Shown: piece by piece, positions 28,066-39,750 of the stretch | Layout of the letters: each line of letters opens with the position of its first letter | How positions within the stretch are numbered: the stretch's first letter is position 1 | Assembly: GCA_964016885.1 (NCBI GenBank) | Contig: OZ024742.1 | Span: forward strand, 211,916,001-211,980,000 | DNA length: 64,000 bases | DNA from: Eledone cirrhosa | Taxonomy: Eukaryota | Direction: 5' to 3' | The notes under the pieces: model-generated | What the model saw: the letters and a program-made list of their open reading frames with translations, nothing else | What the model was told of the DNA's origin: nothing | The model's database searches: none | Made by a program: the position numbers and the translations under genes

Positions 28066-28163
28066 AGGTATGGGATACAGGGGGGTTCTGTCTCTGATAG
28101 AGCCTGGCGATAGGCCCGGAATGACGCAGAGCTGTCTATTAATTGACAGAATTCTTTCAACGC
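28066..28163 (-). CDS. RAPGEF1: RAPGEF1/C3G coding exon (CDC25 domain)
   Basis: ctctctcag|...|gtgagt; encodes ALKEFCQLIDSSASFRAYRQALSETEPPCIPYL. 98 nt. Confidence 0.95.
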
Positions 28164-28914
28164 CTGAGAGAGTAAGAGGTAAGTAAAGGTGAGTCAATAA
28201 ATAAATCTCACTAGACTGTATTGCTGCCGATTTACTTTTTTTATAGAAAAAAACAAACAAACAAATTCTTTACCAGTAACAAAACTTATCACTGCATCAT
28301 GAAGGCAAATTGACTAGTAGTTAGAGACCTACAATGAAATACTGCACCTGCATCTGTGATGGTACTGCTGCAGCCAGACACACAAACATCTTGCATCACA
28401 TCCAAAAGAAGGCTATCTGACTGATCAGCAAAGATTCACTAACCAACATTACAACATCTTTCCTACAGATGTGCTGTCTCTTCTCCCCTTTCTATATCTA
28501 TTTTATAACTACTACAATGTTCTCTGTTCCTTGGGAACTAGCAAATTATATGCCACCTTTACTCAGGCTCACTGGCACCCCACCCATCTTTCCTACCTTT
28601 CACTCCCCAGGTCACACACTAAACACTTTACATAATCTAGCCTTCTCAGAGAATTTACTGTATGAGATTCTTTCACTACAGATGTTTGAGCTGAGCATAA
28701 AATGTTGGAATGCCTGTAAAGACCATGAGCAGTATACTTTCATTTTTCCATTTGACAGAGCCATTAAAACATTGAAATAGTGGGAGGCTCATGCAATGCT
28801 TGCATGGAAAAATAAAAACATTTGGTGATGGCAATGATGATGATAACGATGATATTGAACAGGCAGTTTATGGAGTCTCTTAATTTGTACAACTGATAAG
28901 AAAAAGCAACTTAC

Positions 28915-29016
28915 TTCCATATTCTGTTTCTGCCATTCCAGCCTTCTAATAGGGGCAGAATCCAGGGCAGACAAAATAGCCAAATATGAGTTAAAATTAC
29001 TCATTTTTCGCAGATG
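28915..29016 (-). CDS. RAPGEF1: RAPGEF1/C3G coding exon (CDC25 domain)
   Basis: taacag|...|gtaagt; encodes HLRKMSNFNSYLAILSALDSAPIRRLEWQKQNME (diagnostic NFNS..AI.SAL...PI.RL). 102 nt. Confidence 0.96.
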
Positions 29017-29310
29017 CTGTTAAGATAAAATCAAATAGGAACTTTTAAAGAATACTGATGGAAAGTTTTTTCAATGAGCTACATGCAGAATTACAAATGT
29101 AGATGTGTAAAGTGTTAAATCATAAGGAGACTTAAAATGCCATGAAGATGTGTTCTAAATTAGTTGTACAAAGAATCTAGATAATAAATCAAGTGGAGAA
29201 AGTTGAAATTAATGCAAAAGACAGTTAGGATGAGGAGGGGTACAATCGTACTCTTGTAATCTAAGACAGCATGGGAAAATACAAAAAAAAAAAAAATTAA
29301 ATAATGTAAA

Positions 29311-32300
29311 TCTATATATATAAAACAGAAGATGTCGGTCTGTTTGTGTAACCGCATGCATTTCTACATTTTACAACCGATTTGCACCAAATTTCATACA
29401 TAGGTTTCTGAAGTCCTATTACGCGCCATAGGCTATTATATTTTTCCGTACATCGATTGTGGGGACCCCCAGGGGCAGGTAGCCTCCCCCTTCAACTTAT
29501 CTATTGAAGTTCACATTAACACATTAACACTGTAACCTGATAACTTTTGAAGTTTACGTTCGATCTTCGTTTTCACTTTCAAAACAACAATCATCGTTGG
29601 ATGAAATTTCAGAAATGTAAACATCTTATTCATTGGAAGATAAATCACTAATATTATCTTTTGTTTCTTGTTCATTTTGAATGTCGTCGTGTGTAAAACC
29701 TTCAAAGTCGGTATCGCTACTTTCATAAGCCATGTTGATACAAACAAAAAATCTGTTCTACTTTCAACGTTAAAAAAACACGTGTTGTTTTAAGTTGTTT
29801 CACTATATTAAGTGTTAATTTTCGTGGTAAGGGCCTAATCTTGCAGTAATCTTGAATTGACGAGATTTTGATGACAGTATTGTTTATTTTTAGAACGATA
29901 TTTAAGTGTGGGCGTTATGGCGGTTTTGGGCAGTTTGAACAAATGAAGGGGAAATAATTTCGGCCGGTTTGAACACTAAAGAGTTAAAGGAGGTTTAGTT
30001 AATGTGTTTATGGTCATAAGGTTCCAATTTATCATGCTGTGATTTTTCGGCCATTTTTGCCTGTATCCTTTCAATGGTTAGTACTTACTTTGCATTGCCC
30101 CTAACTTAAAACCTGAAATTTGACTGGTACACAAAATCTTGCAAAACATACCCACGTTCTCAGACTACATAGATTTATCACATTTTTTCACAATTTATAT
30201 CCATGTTTTTTTGCTTACTTAAACGTTATTTGCCCACTATTATCTTTCTCCCTGGTTAATTTTCTAAAAACAATGCCCCCCAAGAAAAGAACTCTCATTG
30301 GTCGATTATCTAATGATACAAGTAGGTCTAAGTGAAGGCGTCTCACTGAATGCTGTGCTGACGGCAGCTGCAAGAGCGGAGGAGGATGACAGTCGGCGTG
30401 AACTTCAATGGAACAAAAGTGTTGCCGCAACTGCTGCTGCTCGCGCACGAGAGGTTGAAGTATGACATGCCGTTCGACGTAGCAGGGATGCCGCTGCTCG
30501 CACACAAGAGGATGAAGGACAACGCGCCGTTCGACGAAGCAGGAACACTACTGCCACTGCTGCTGCACGAAATACTGAAACCATAGAGCAACGACGTGGC
30601 CGACTTCTGCAAAGTGAACAGCGGCGATCATCGTTACATGGCATTTCTAGGACTTGCAATTCACGATGGTTGTTGAAGGCCTTTAACTACGACCTCTCCC
30701 CGACGACGCCGTCCATGCAGATATTCAAATTGGGGAAATGACCTCTACTTGCCAGTTTTGTCGTACGAAAAAGTGGCCAGGGGAGAGAGATGGAACGTGC
30801 TGTTCAAACGGTAAAGTTAGACTACCTCCTATCCACGACCCTCCAGAAACATTGCAACTCCTTTTGACAGACACGACGGAGGAATCATCGAAGTTTCTGC
30901 ATAATATCCGCCGCTACAATTCCGTGTTTCAGATGACATCCTTCGGAGCAAAGCTTGCCTCGGAACGTGGGTTCATGCCAACTTTCAAGGTCCAGGGGTA
31001 GATCTACCACTTGATTGGTTCTATTCAGCCTCTGGCAGAAAAGGATCCTCAATTTCTTCAGTTATACTTCGTTGGAAACTATCAGTAGCAGGCAGAGATG
31101 CGAAACTCTATTTCGTCCGAAGCTAACATTGGAACCATAATAAAACTTCAAGAAATGCTTCATGACAAAAACTGCTATGTCCGCAGTTTCAAGTACGCTT
31201 TGGAAACAGCCACCGATCAAAACTTTAGTGTGGTCATATACATGCTGACCGATGGCCATCTGGAGAACACGCTGGTCGGTTCAACGCACCAACATGTAAT
31301 GAGAATGCTGCGATTATTTGTGGTGAACAGCACAACAAGAGAGATATCATTCTAAAGCACCGAGACAGCACATTACAGCGTATCAATGAGACACACAAGT
31401 CCTACGATGCACTCCAGTATCCATTGCTATTTGTCAACGGCGAGGTCGGATACCATTTCGGCATTCCTCAACATTCGGCAGGCAATGGTGAGGCACATCT
31501 TAGGAAAAATGTCACCTGCATGGATTTCTACGCTTTCCAATTTATGGTAAGGGACAATTCATCAACCATCTATACCGTTCTCGGGACCTTTTCCAACAAT
31601 TTGCTGTTGATATGGCCGTTAAAATGGAGTCCGAGAGATTATGGTTCATTAAATTAAATCAAAAGAAACTTTGATCTGAATGCTACATTCATCTACGCGA
31701 TGGAATTAACAACGACATTTCCCCAGACAATTTAGGGCAAGTGTCTATTTTGCCTTCAACGTTCACAGGGGGACCCCGATACATGCACGAGAGGACTCAG
31801 GACGCCATGACCTACGTACAACATTATGGGCACCCCAACCTTTTCATAACGTTTACATGCAATCCCAAGTGGAAGGAGATTACAAACAAATTGTTCCAGG
31901 GTCAAGCGCCAAGACACAGGCACGATCTCATAGCAAGAGTGTTTTGCCTGAAATTATCCAAATTAATGGATTTATTAAAGAAAGGACAAGTTTTGGGGCC
32001 TGTCAGGTGCGACATGTACACGGTTGAATGGCAGAAACGAGGGCTGCCGCATGCCCATATCTTGATTTGGTTGGTTACAAAAATCAGTTCAAACTACATC
32101 GACAAATTCATTTCTGCCAAACTACCTGACCTGTTGATTGACAAGGACCTCTTCTCTATAGTCACATCAAACATGGTCCATGCGGACATGGACTCAATAT
32201 GAAGTCCCCGTGCATACACGACGGAAAGTGTACAAAACGATATCCCAGGCGGTTTTTACAGGAAATACAGACTGGCGGTGACGGATATCAGTTGTATAGG

Positions 32301-35111
32301 CGCAGGAAACTTGAAGACGGTGGGTTCACAGCAAAAGTTGATGAACGCGAAATCGACAACAGCTGGGTAGTGCCACATTGCCACCTCCTTTTGAAAGCAT
32401 TCAACGCCCATATAAACGTCGAATTTTGCAACTCAGTAAAATCAATTAAATACATTTGTAAGTACATAAACAAGGGATCGGATGCTGCCGTCTTTGGTCT
32501 TCGTCATGAAAACAGTAGAGACGAGGTATCAGACTACCAAGCAGGCCGATACATTAGCAGCAATGAAGCCTTTTGGCGCGTTTTTAGCTTCCCACTGCAC
32601 CAACGACACCCCATCATTAAACAACTTGCCGTTCACCGTGAAATCGGTCAACGGGTATATTTCAATGATGCAACAGCTGCTCAGCTAGGAAACTACACTC
32701 ACCGCTTTATTCAAACTTTGTCAACACGACGACTTCGCTCCAACTCTGCTGTATTCTGAAATACCGTCTTACTATACATTGAACCGGACAAAATGGCTAC
32801 GAAGGAAGGTAGGACAAGAGGTGGTTGGACATCCAGGCATCAAATTCGACAATTGCCTCGGGCGAGTTTATACGGTCCATCCTACCCAACACGAATGTTT
32901 CTACCTGCGACTTCTGCTACATGAGGTCGGCTTTTCAGACGCTATATATAACAGAGCTCTGATCGATATTGAAAACAGAGTGGCTTCAATGGAGAAATAT
33001 GGGCTTCCGCAAACACTTCGAGATGCGCCATCTGACATTCCCAACGAAATTATACGTGAAATGTCATATGATGTCGACAAACTCAAAAGGTATGTTGAAG
33101 AGAATGAACTAAAACTTCTATGGATCAAAAACAAGCCTACAACATTGTCGTTGATTCCATCCGTAATCGGGGAGGGGGTATATTCTTCCTGGACGCACTT
33201 GGAGGCACGGGCAAAACATTTGTAATCAAACTTTTACTTGCTGCAGTGAGGCAACACGGAAACATTGCATTGGCCGTGGCTTCTTCCGGCATTGCAGCAA
33301 CTTTGCTGCCTGGTGGCAGGACGGCCCATTCTGCCTTCAGTCTTCCTCTCAACATGGCATCATCTGAGACCCCACGTGCAACATCAGCAAGTCTTCCGGA
33401 AAAGCGCTGCCTACTAATTGTTTGGGACGAATGCACAATGGCCCACAGGGTGGCTTTTGAGGCATTAGACCGGTCACTCAGAGACATCAGGGACTGTCAA
33501 GAACCAATGGGAGGTGTCACTTTCCTGCTATTTTGGGACTTCCGACAGACTGCCTGTAATTCCAAAAGGTATGCGGGCTGATGCGGCTGGTGCATGCTTT
33601 AAGGCCTCCCCAAATTGGCGTTATGTAAGAAAGCTGACGCTTACAACAAACATGAGAACACAACTGTAAGGTGATGAGATATCAGCGGGTTTTGCTGCTG
33701 CTATTTTGTTGTTGGGAGATGGCAAAGTCCCACTTGACGGAGATGGTACAGCGGACCTCACAGGGGTTTGCAGATGCGTTAAGTTAATTGCAGAGTTACG
33801 GACGTCTGTTTTTCCTAATCTTGAGGAGAACTACACAAATCAAGAGTGGTTGTGTGAACGCGCAATATTGGCTTCGAAAAACCCACATAGCTGGAAGCAT
33901 CAATGAACAGCTCATGCTGTGCTTGCCTAGAAACCTGCATGTCTACAAGTCCCTTGACTCCATGGTTGATCCGGACGAAGTTGTTAATTACCCCACAGAA
34001 TTTCCTAACTCCCTAGACCCTCCCGGATTGCCACCACACTTACTACGTCATGCTCCTCAGGAATTTGGAACCCCGAAGGCTTTGCAACGGCATGCGTTTG
34101 GTCATCCAAAAGGCGATGCCTCATGTTATTGAGGCAACAATACTTACAGGATGTGGTAAGGGAGATACTGTCTTCATACCAAGGATACCTCTCATTCCAT
34201 CCGGTAAAGACATTCCTTTCACATTCAGAAGGCTGCAATTCCCTCTCCGACTCAGTTTCGCCATGTCGATTAACAAATCACAGGGTCAGACGGTGACGAT
34301 CGTAGGGCTTAATTTAGAAGAACCGTACTTCTCCCATGATCAACTATATGTTAGCTGCTCTCGAGTGGGGAGCCGATTTGCTTTTGCAGCTCGCAAGAAA
34401 ACCCAAAATATAGTCTATAAGGAAGTTTTGTAGGCACCCCATCTGCCAAAAGGTAATCGCTGTTTTGTTTTTTTGTATAAGTGCTTACATTTGCTGTATC
34501 CGTGTGCTACTTTTGTCCTTTTGAAAATACCACGTACACTTCTGAGGTTGCTTTTACTATACGTTATAAATGTTCAATGTCTCCGTTTTCTGCATTTATA
34601 TGTTGCTATTACGCTTTGCTATCGATGTTCCGTAGTTTTAACCTAATTAATCTACTTTTCCCTACATCTTATTTACACATTTTTTTGACATTCCAGTGTG
34701 ATCTTGCCAAGGCCGTTTTTGTGGCCACCGACTGTTACATGCTTTTCTATGTTACAATCTCAAATAACAAGCAAAGCAAATATGACACACCAAAGTGGTG
34801 TGAAGGACTTCTTAAGGGCCACCACCTCTAATCAGAGTCGTCTTTGCTGACAGCTCTGCCGCTGAGACTTTTAAGAGTGATCGATCCAAGGCTCTCTTCA
34901 GGGCCACCAAGTTTAAATTGTTACCATCGGATTCATCTTTGCTGGCAGCACCGCCGCAGAGATATTTCAAAGTGAACGTTCAAAGGCCATCTTTAGGGCC
35001 AACACCTATAAATTGTTACTTCTATAGTCGTGTTTAACGGAAGTCTTTCGGTTCATTTGAACGACTACTCCATTGAGAGTTATACCGGGCAATGCCGGGT
35101 ACCTCTGTTAG
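29311..35111 (+). mobile_element. Full-length decayed Helitron (Rep/PIF1 helicase) in a RAPGEF1 intron, antisense to the gene
   Basis: 5' end A|TCTATATATATAAAA; 3' GC-rich hairpin-like ACCGGGCAATGCCGGGT followed by CTCTGTTAG|T (CTAG decayed to TTAG); inserted between A and T with no TSD; contains RepHel fragments. Confidence 0.92.
30273..34433 (+). pseudogene. Disrupted Helitron RepHel ORF
   Basis: Start MPPKKR; Zn motif CQFC...CCSNGKV; Rep motifs FITFTCNP, VEWQKRGLPHAHILIW (HUH) and KYICKYINKG; helicase motifs GGTGKT, IVWDECTM and FAMSINKSQGQT. Many stops and frameshifts, plus an apparent deletion near 32930. Confidence 0.93.
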
Positions 35112-35193
35112 TTGATAATAAAATAATGACATCACTATACTTTAATTCTTAAATAAAAAAAAAAAAAAAAGAAAGAAAAAAAATGATACTCAC

Positions 35194-35272
35194 TCGCATA
35201 ATTTTTATAAATTTCATTAAATATTTTTCTCTGTCTTTAGGCTCTTCCTGAATAAGTATCTTTGTTCGGCAC
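35194..35272 (-). CDS. RAPGEF1: RAPGEF1/C3G coding exon (CDC25 domain)
   Basis: ttctctag|...|gtgagt; encodes CRTKILIQEEPKDREKYLMKFIKIMR. 79 nt, phases match both neighbours. Confidence 0.93.
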
Positions 35273-35419
35273 CTAGAGAATATTACAATGTTGGATATAT
35301 CATTAGACATCTCAGTTGGGGAGTAAAATGATATCAGGAAATGGTTTCTATGTTGACTAAATTCTTCAACTTTTTCCTCATGAAAGTTATTTACTGAACC
35401 TTTGGAAACATGACAATAT

Positions 35420-36060
35420 CCTAGTCCTCAAAAGAATGACCTCCCTGGTCCTGCCAACTTCTAACCTATCAACATAATTTCTATTATTTTAAAGTTGAAT
35501 TTAATCATAATGAGTCTTTTTCTTCTCAATATCTGTCAGTGGATTCAACAGTAATTTTCTACTAAAGATCTGTTATTCTATGCCACACAATAGTGGTCTC
35601 TTACCTTTGACATCAGTGAAGCCTTTTATCATATCTAGCATGAGAATCCTATTAACTCTAGTTTACTTCAGGAATTGGTTGCGTTTCTCAGAAACTTCTT
35701 TCTTGACATTAACAATCTACTTGTTGATATGTCTAACCAAACACATTCCAATGTAAACAATGCCACCCATAACTTCTTGATAATGCTTGCACAGAGATCA
35801 TCTTCATCTAAACACTTTATGTCAGGTATGTACCATTTCTCTAAACATCCTCAAATTACATCTTCAATCAGCAAAGCAGTGAAAGTCAATGGGAAGATTT
35901 CATAATAAACAAAGTAAAGCATCTAGTGCATAGATATGGCAAACAACATTTAACCCTTAATATGTTGATACCTTTCTTCTATTAGACATCAGAAAACAAG
36001 TAAAAAATTCTAAACCACAAATGTCTCAGGAACTCACAAAACTGCAAACACATAGCCAGG

Positions 36061-36093
<33 letters not shown>

Positions 36094-36185
36094 CTAAACC
36101 TCTTCACATCTACAATTATTCATACCAACAAGGCCAAATTCCTAAAATCTGGAAACTAGGCAAAATCATTGCTATTTTGAAGCCC
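35420..36185 (+). mobile_element. Decayed LINE RT fragments
   Basis: HIYNYSYQQGQIPKIWKLGKIIAILKP (36090-36185) is a typical LINE pre-RT motif; weaker remnants lie upstream. Confidence 0.5.
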
Positions 36186-36342
36186 AATCCAGTACTTGCT
36201 ACATATGTTGATTCCACATCAGTTTAGATGACTGAGCTTGATACCATACCAATATAATGTAACATACCTGATGTCACCTCACAATCAGTTTCTGTTCTCA
36301 GTATAATGTAAAAGAAACAATTATGTATTTAAAATAACTTAC

Positions 36343-36437
36343 CAATAGGACATTTTGTTAAAATGTTCTGTAAACAAGGTCAAGTTTGGGCTTAATTCTT
36401 CTGATTGTTCTTTTGCCCATAACAACACCTCAGGGAT
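36343..36437 (-). CDS. RAPGEF1: RAPGEF1/C3G coding exon (CDC25 domain)
   Basis: ttatttcag|...|gtaagt; encodes IPEVLLWAKEQSEELSPNLTLFTEHFNKMSYW, very close to recalled C3G IPEVLLWAKEQNEEKSPNLTQFTEHFNNMSYW. 95 nt. Confidence 0.95.
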
Positions 36438-36566
36438 CTGAAATAACATTAGATACAATATAAAATATATTCCATTGTTATCAGATAGATATAATTAAAG
36501 AAGAAGTTTTAATCAATATAAATATATAAACAAAATGTTAGTAAACTTAGTAAAAGTGATACCAAC

Positions 36567-36651
36567 CTCAATCTTCTGAAATAATCCAGCATCAAGTAAA
36601 GTCATTTGTTCTGCTATATCTTGAGACTTAAAGTGAAGTAAATCAGGAAGC
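36567..36651 (-). CDS. RAPGEF1: RAPGEF1/C3G coding exon (start of CDC25 domain)
   Basis: ttctctcttgcaag|G CTT CCT...; encodes LPDLLHFKSQDIAEQMTLLDAGLFQKIE (IAEQxTLLD RasGEF motif); donor gttggt. 85 nt, phase 2 to 0. Confidence 0.9.
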
Positions 36652-36780
36652 CTTGCAAGAGAAAGGTTTTATATTTATGAATTTTGTTTGTAAAATTATG
36701 TGCATATGTGTGAGTGTTTATACATATCTATACATGAGATTATTGTGACATCCACTGTGAAGTCTCTCTCTCTCTCTCTC

Positions 36781-36960
36781 ATCATCATCACCATTTACCA
36801 TCCATTTTCTACACTAGCATGGATTAGACGAGTTGTCCTATTGAAGACAAGTCAGATTAGGTGACTGTCTTGCTCATACAGAACTGTTTCAGACTAGGTT
36901 TCTATGGCTAGATGCCCTTCTTAACACCAACCACATTTACAGTGTGGACTGGGTGCTTTT
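36781..36960 (-). mobile_element. RTE 3' end fragment with (TGA)n tail
   Basis: atcatcatcaccatttaccatccattttctacactagcatggattagacg... similar to 5621-5800. Confidence 0.8.
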
Positions 36961-37776
36961 TTTCTCCTAATCATATTTTTGGTCATGTTTGCCTTGAAAG
37001 AATTGTCACTTTTTAGAAGGGAGAAGCCCTCCTAGCTTTGCATGGGACAAGACAACTTCTCTAGTGTTAGTGTCATGATAAATTCACCGAGTTCACTCTG
37101 TAAAGTTGCTGGCGATCAAACAGAAAAAATGAAGGGACAAGAGGACTCTTTAGTCTAATTGAGGAATTTACAACCCCTCTAGTACTGGTACCTTGATAAA
37201 ATGCACCCAATATGCCCTGTAAAGTTGTTGGTGCTAGGAAGGAAATCCAACTTTAGAAATCACACATAAAATGGACTGTACAAATGAGATGAAGTTCTTT
37301 GACCTGTCTAGTAGGGCAATAGCTTCAAATAAAAATTGACTTTGGCCATAACGATCAACTAACTCATGCCAGCATGGAAAGTTGGCATAAAAATGATGAT
37401 GTGTGTGAGAGATAGATAGATACAAGTTATTTGTTGCAGCTGGAAAGCTCATCTGTATTTTCATGGAAGATATAGAAGTATAAAAGTTGATTTTTAAAGT
37501 AAACTGACTTACCTCTACTACTCAAAGACATATTCAAAACTCTTTCTACAATTACCCAACCTACTTCTACCAACACATCACAGTAGACAACAGCTAGTTT
37601 TCACATTTTATTTTATATATAACCTATAAACTTCTTGATTTTCCACTTAAAATAAAATGCAAGTTTCCCCATTTCCCTTTAACATACGTGTCCCATAAGT
37701 TTAACATATAGTGTCAGTCACAATGTAAATGAAATTGTGATGGATCAGCAAAAGGGTGTTCAAACAATGGGAAAAT

Positions 37777-37985
37777 CATCATCGTCACCATTTTACGTCC
37801 ATTCTTCCACACTAGCATGGGTTAGATAAGTTGTCCTGTTATGGGTATTACCAGGTCAGGTGAGCTCATATAGAACTGATTTTGGCTTGATTTCTACAGC
37901 TGGATGCCCTTCCTAACACCAACCTCATTCACAGTGCGTACTGGGTGCTTTTTACCGTGGCGCCTACACGATCACTTTATTCTGG
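37777..37985 (-). mobile_element. RTE 3' end fragment
   Basis: tcatcatcgtcaccattttacgtccattcttccacactagcatgggttaga... closely similar to 5621-5840. Confidence 0.85.
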
Positions 37986-38135
37986 ACTAAAACAAACTGA
38001 CCAAAATAATATGGGAAAGTCTATTTCTAGTTTGTTCACATATGGCAGATAACCTAATTAGAAATAACCACAGCCATATTAAATGGTGTTTAAGTTGTTT
38101 CAGTTGAAAAAAAAAAAAAAAAAAAATCATCTTAC

Positions 38136-38339
38136 TGAAGTGTTAAACTGTGTGAAGGTAGATTATTAGTTTTAGCAGTGATTTCCATGTGTTTTCTTGC
38201 CTCAAGCTTCTCAACAATTTTCCGCCGAAGAAGTTTAGCCAGAGTCAATTCTCCCTGACAGAGTAATTCAAATACTAAATCCATCATTTTTTGGCTGATT
38301 TCATCATCTATTTCTGAGGATGTGCTACTGCAAGAAGAA
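38136..38339 (-). CDS. RAPGEF1: RAPGEF1/C3G coding exon (end of REM region); acceptor position ambiguous (38339/38327/38324)
   Basis: Encodes SEIDDEISQKMMDLVFELLCQGELTLAKLLRRKIVEK, similar to recalled vertebrate C3G LMELVFRLVCNGELSLARVLRKNI. Donor gtaag at 38134-35; phase 2-2. Confidence 0.88.
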
Positions 38340-38720
38340 CTATAAAGAAACAAATAAGGTATATGGTACAATGGAAATATTTTCTTTTCAAACAATGTTT
38401 TAAAAACTGACATAATTCATTTGAAAACTGTTTGAAAGTAAATTTCTGCACATAGATTTCAACCTAAAGAAGAATGAAGATAAAATAATATATATGTATA
38501 TATAATGAAAGTCCAGAAGCCTCATAATGGGTGTCAATTTCAGAATAGCGGCTGAAAACATACATCAGTGGTTCAGTTGAATTTTGGTCTTCAAAACTAG
38601 TCTTTCAGTAGAAAAATTTAACTGGGATTGAACCTGCATTCACCGATTCAAAATGCCCTAACATTTTGATTCTTTCATTTGAATTAAACAATAATCACTT
38701 ACAGCAAAAATATATAATCT

Positions 38721-38802
38721 TGACCTATAAATTGACCTTCATTTGAAAATGTATATCAGTGTGACCTATAAATTGACCTTCATTTGAAAATGTATATCAG
38801 TG
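38721..38802. repeat. Perfect 41-bp tandem duplication
   Basis: tgacctataaattgaccttcatttgaaaatgtatatcagtg x2. Confidence 0.95.
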
Positions 38803-39189
38803 TGATCCTGTTAACTTTGGTTCATACGATCCTCTTTTTTTGCACAATACGAACAATAATCCTATTTTTGTTTGGTGATATTTTTTAATCAGGCTACATG
38901 TGACATTTTTTGTGTTTTGTTTTTTTAATCTATCAAACTACTTTGTTTTCCTAATCAATGAAGCTGTCTGGTGATTATATAAAAAAAAATAAAATAAAAT
39001 AAAATAATTTTTCTTTCTCTTGCAGTGAAAGTTGTTTCTAATATAAGCATTTAAATTTCACATCCTTTTATTTGTTTAAAAGTATGTTATTAATGAAATG
39101 AATTATTTAAAGATTTAGTTTATACAGAAGGTAATCAGCAATTTTATAAAACGTCATATAGGCTTATATTATGTAGGCATTTACCATAG

Positions 39190-39750
39190 ATGGTGAATTG
39201 GTAGAGTTGTTAGAGATGGCAAATTACAGAATTATTACAGTACAGCTGAAATGGGGTTCCTCCAAAGGGTCTGTGGAGTAATGTTATTCAATAGAGTGCA
39301 TAGCTTAGAGATCAGAGAGTCACTCCAGTGAGAGCTGCTATTTCTCTGAATTGAAAGATCACAGCTCCGATATTATGGTCATGTGGTCAGAATGTCTCAG
39401 GAAAGAATCGCTAGACAGATTTTATGGGCAAAACCAACCAGCAGGAGACCCAGAAGTAGACCCCAAGCAAGATGGTTGGATAACATCCATGAGCTTGGCT
39501 GGTCTTGCTTGGTGATCCAGCCAGATCAATTGGAGATGGTTGCTTTTAGCAGGACTTGCTGGAAGGTGTGTTTGAGGACTCTGCTCCACTACCCCACCCC
39601 AGGAATAAGTGGATGAAGAAGAAGAAAGACAGAAAGAGTGCAGAACAAAATGCTTTGCAGTATTTGTTTTGGTTCTCTATATTCATAGTTCAAATCTGAA
39701 GTGAACTGTGCCTTTCATCCTTCTGGGGTTGATATAATAAAGTACTAGTC
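39190..39750 (+). mobile_element. SINE split by an RTE-like LINE 3' fragment
   Basis: SINE head ggtgaattggtagagttgttagag (~39190), then a LINE piece VRMSQERIARQILWAKPTSRRPRSRPQARWLD with a (GAA)n tail (~39230-39630), then the SINE body gttcaaatc...gcctttcatccttctggggttgat. Confidence 0.65.

Noticed and set aside
33120-34433. Host PIF1 helicase gene
   Set aside because: Intronless, frameshifted, downstream of HUH Rep motifs and inside Helitron termini.
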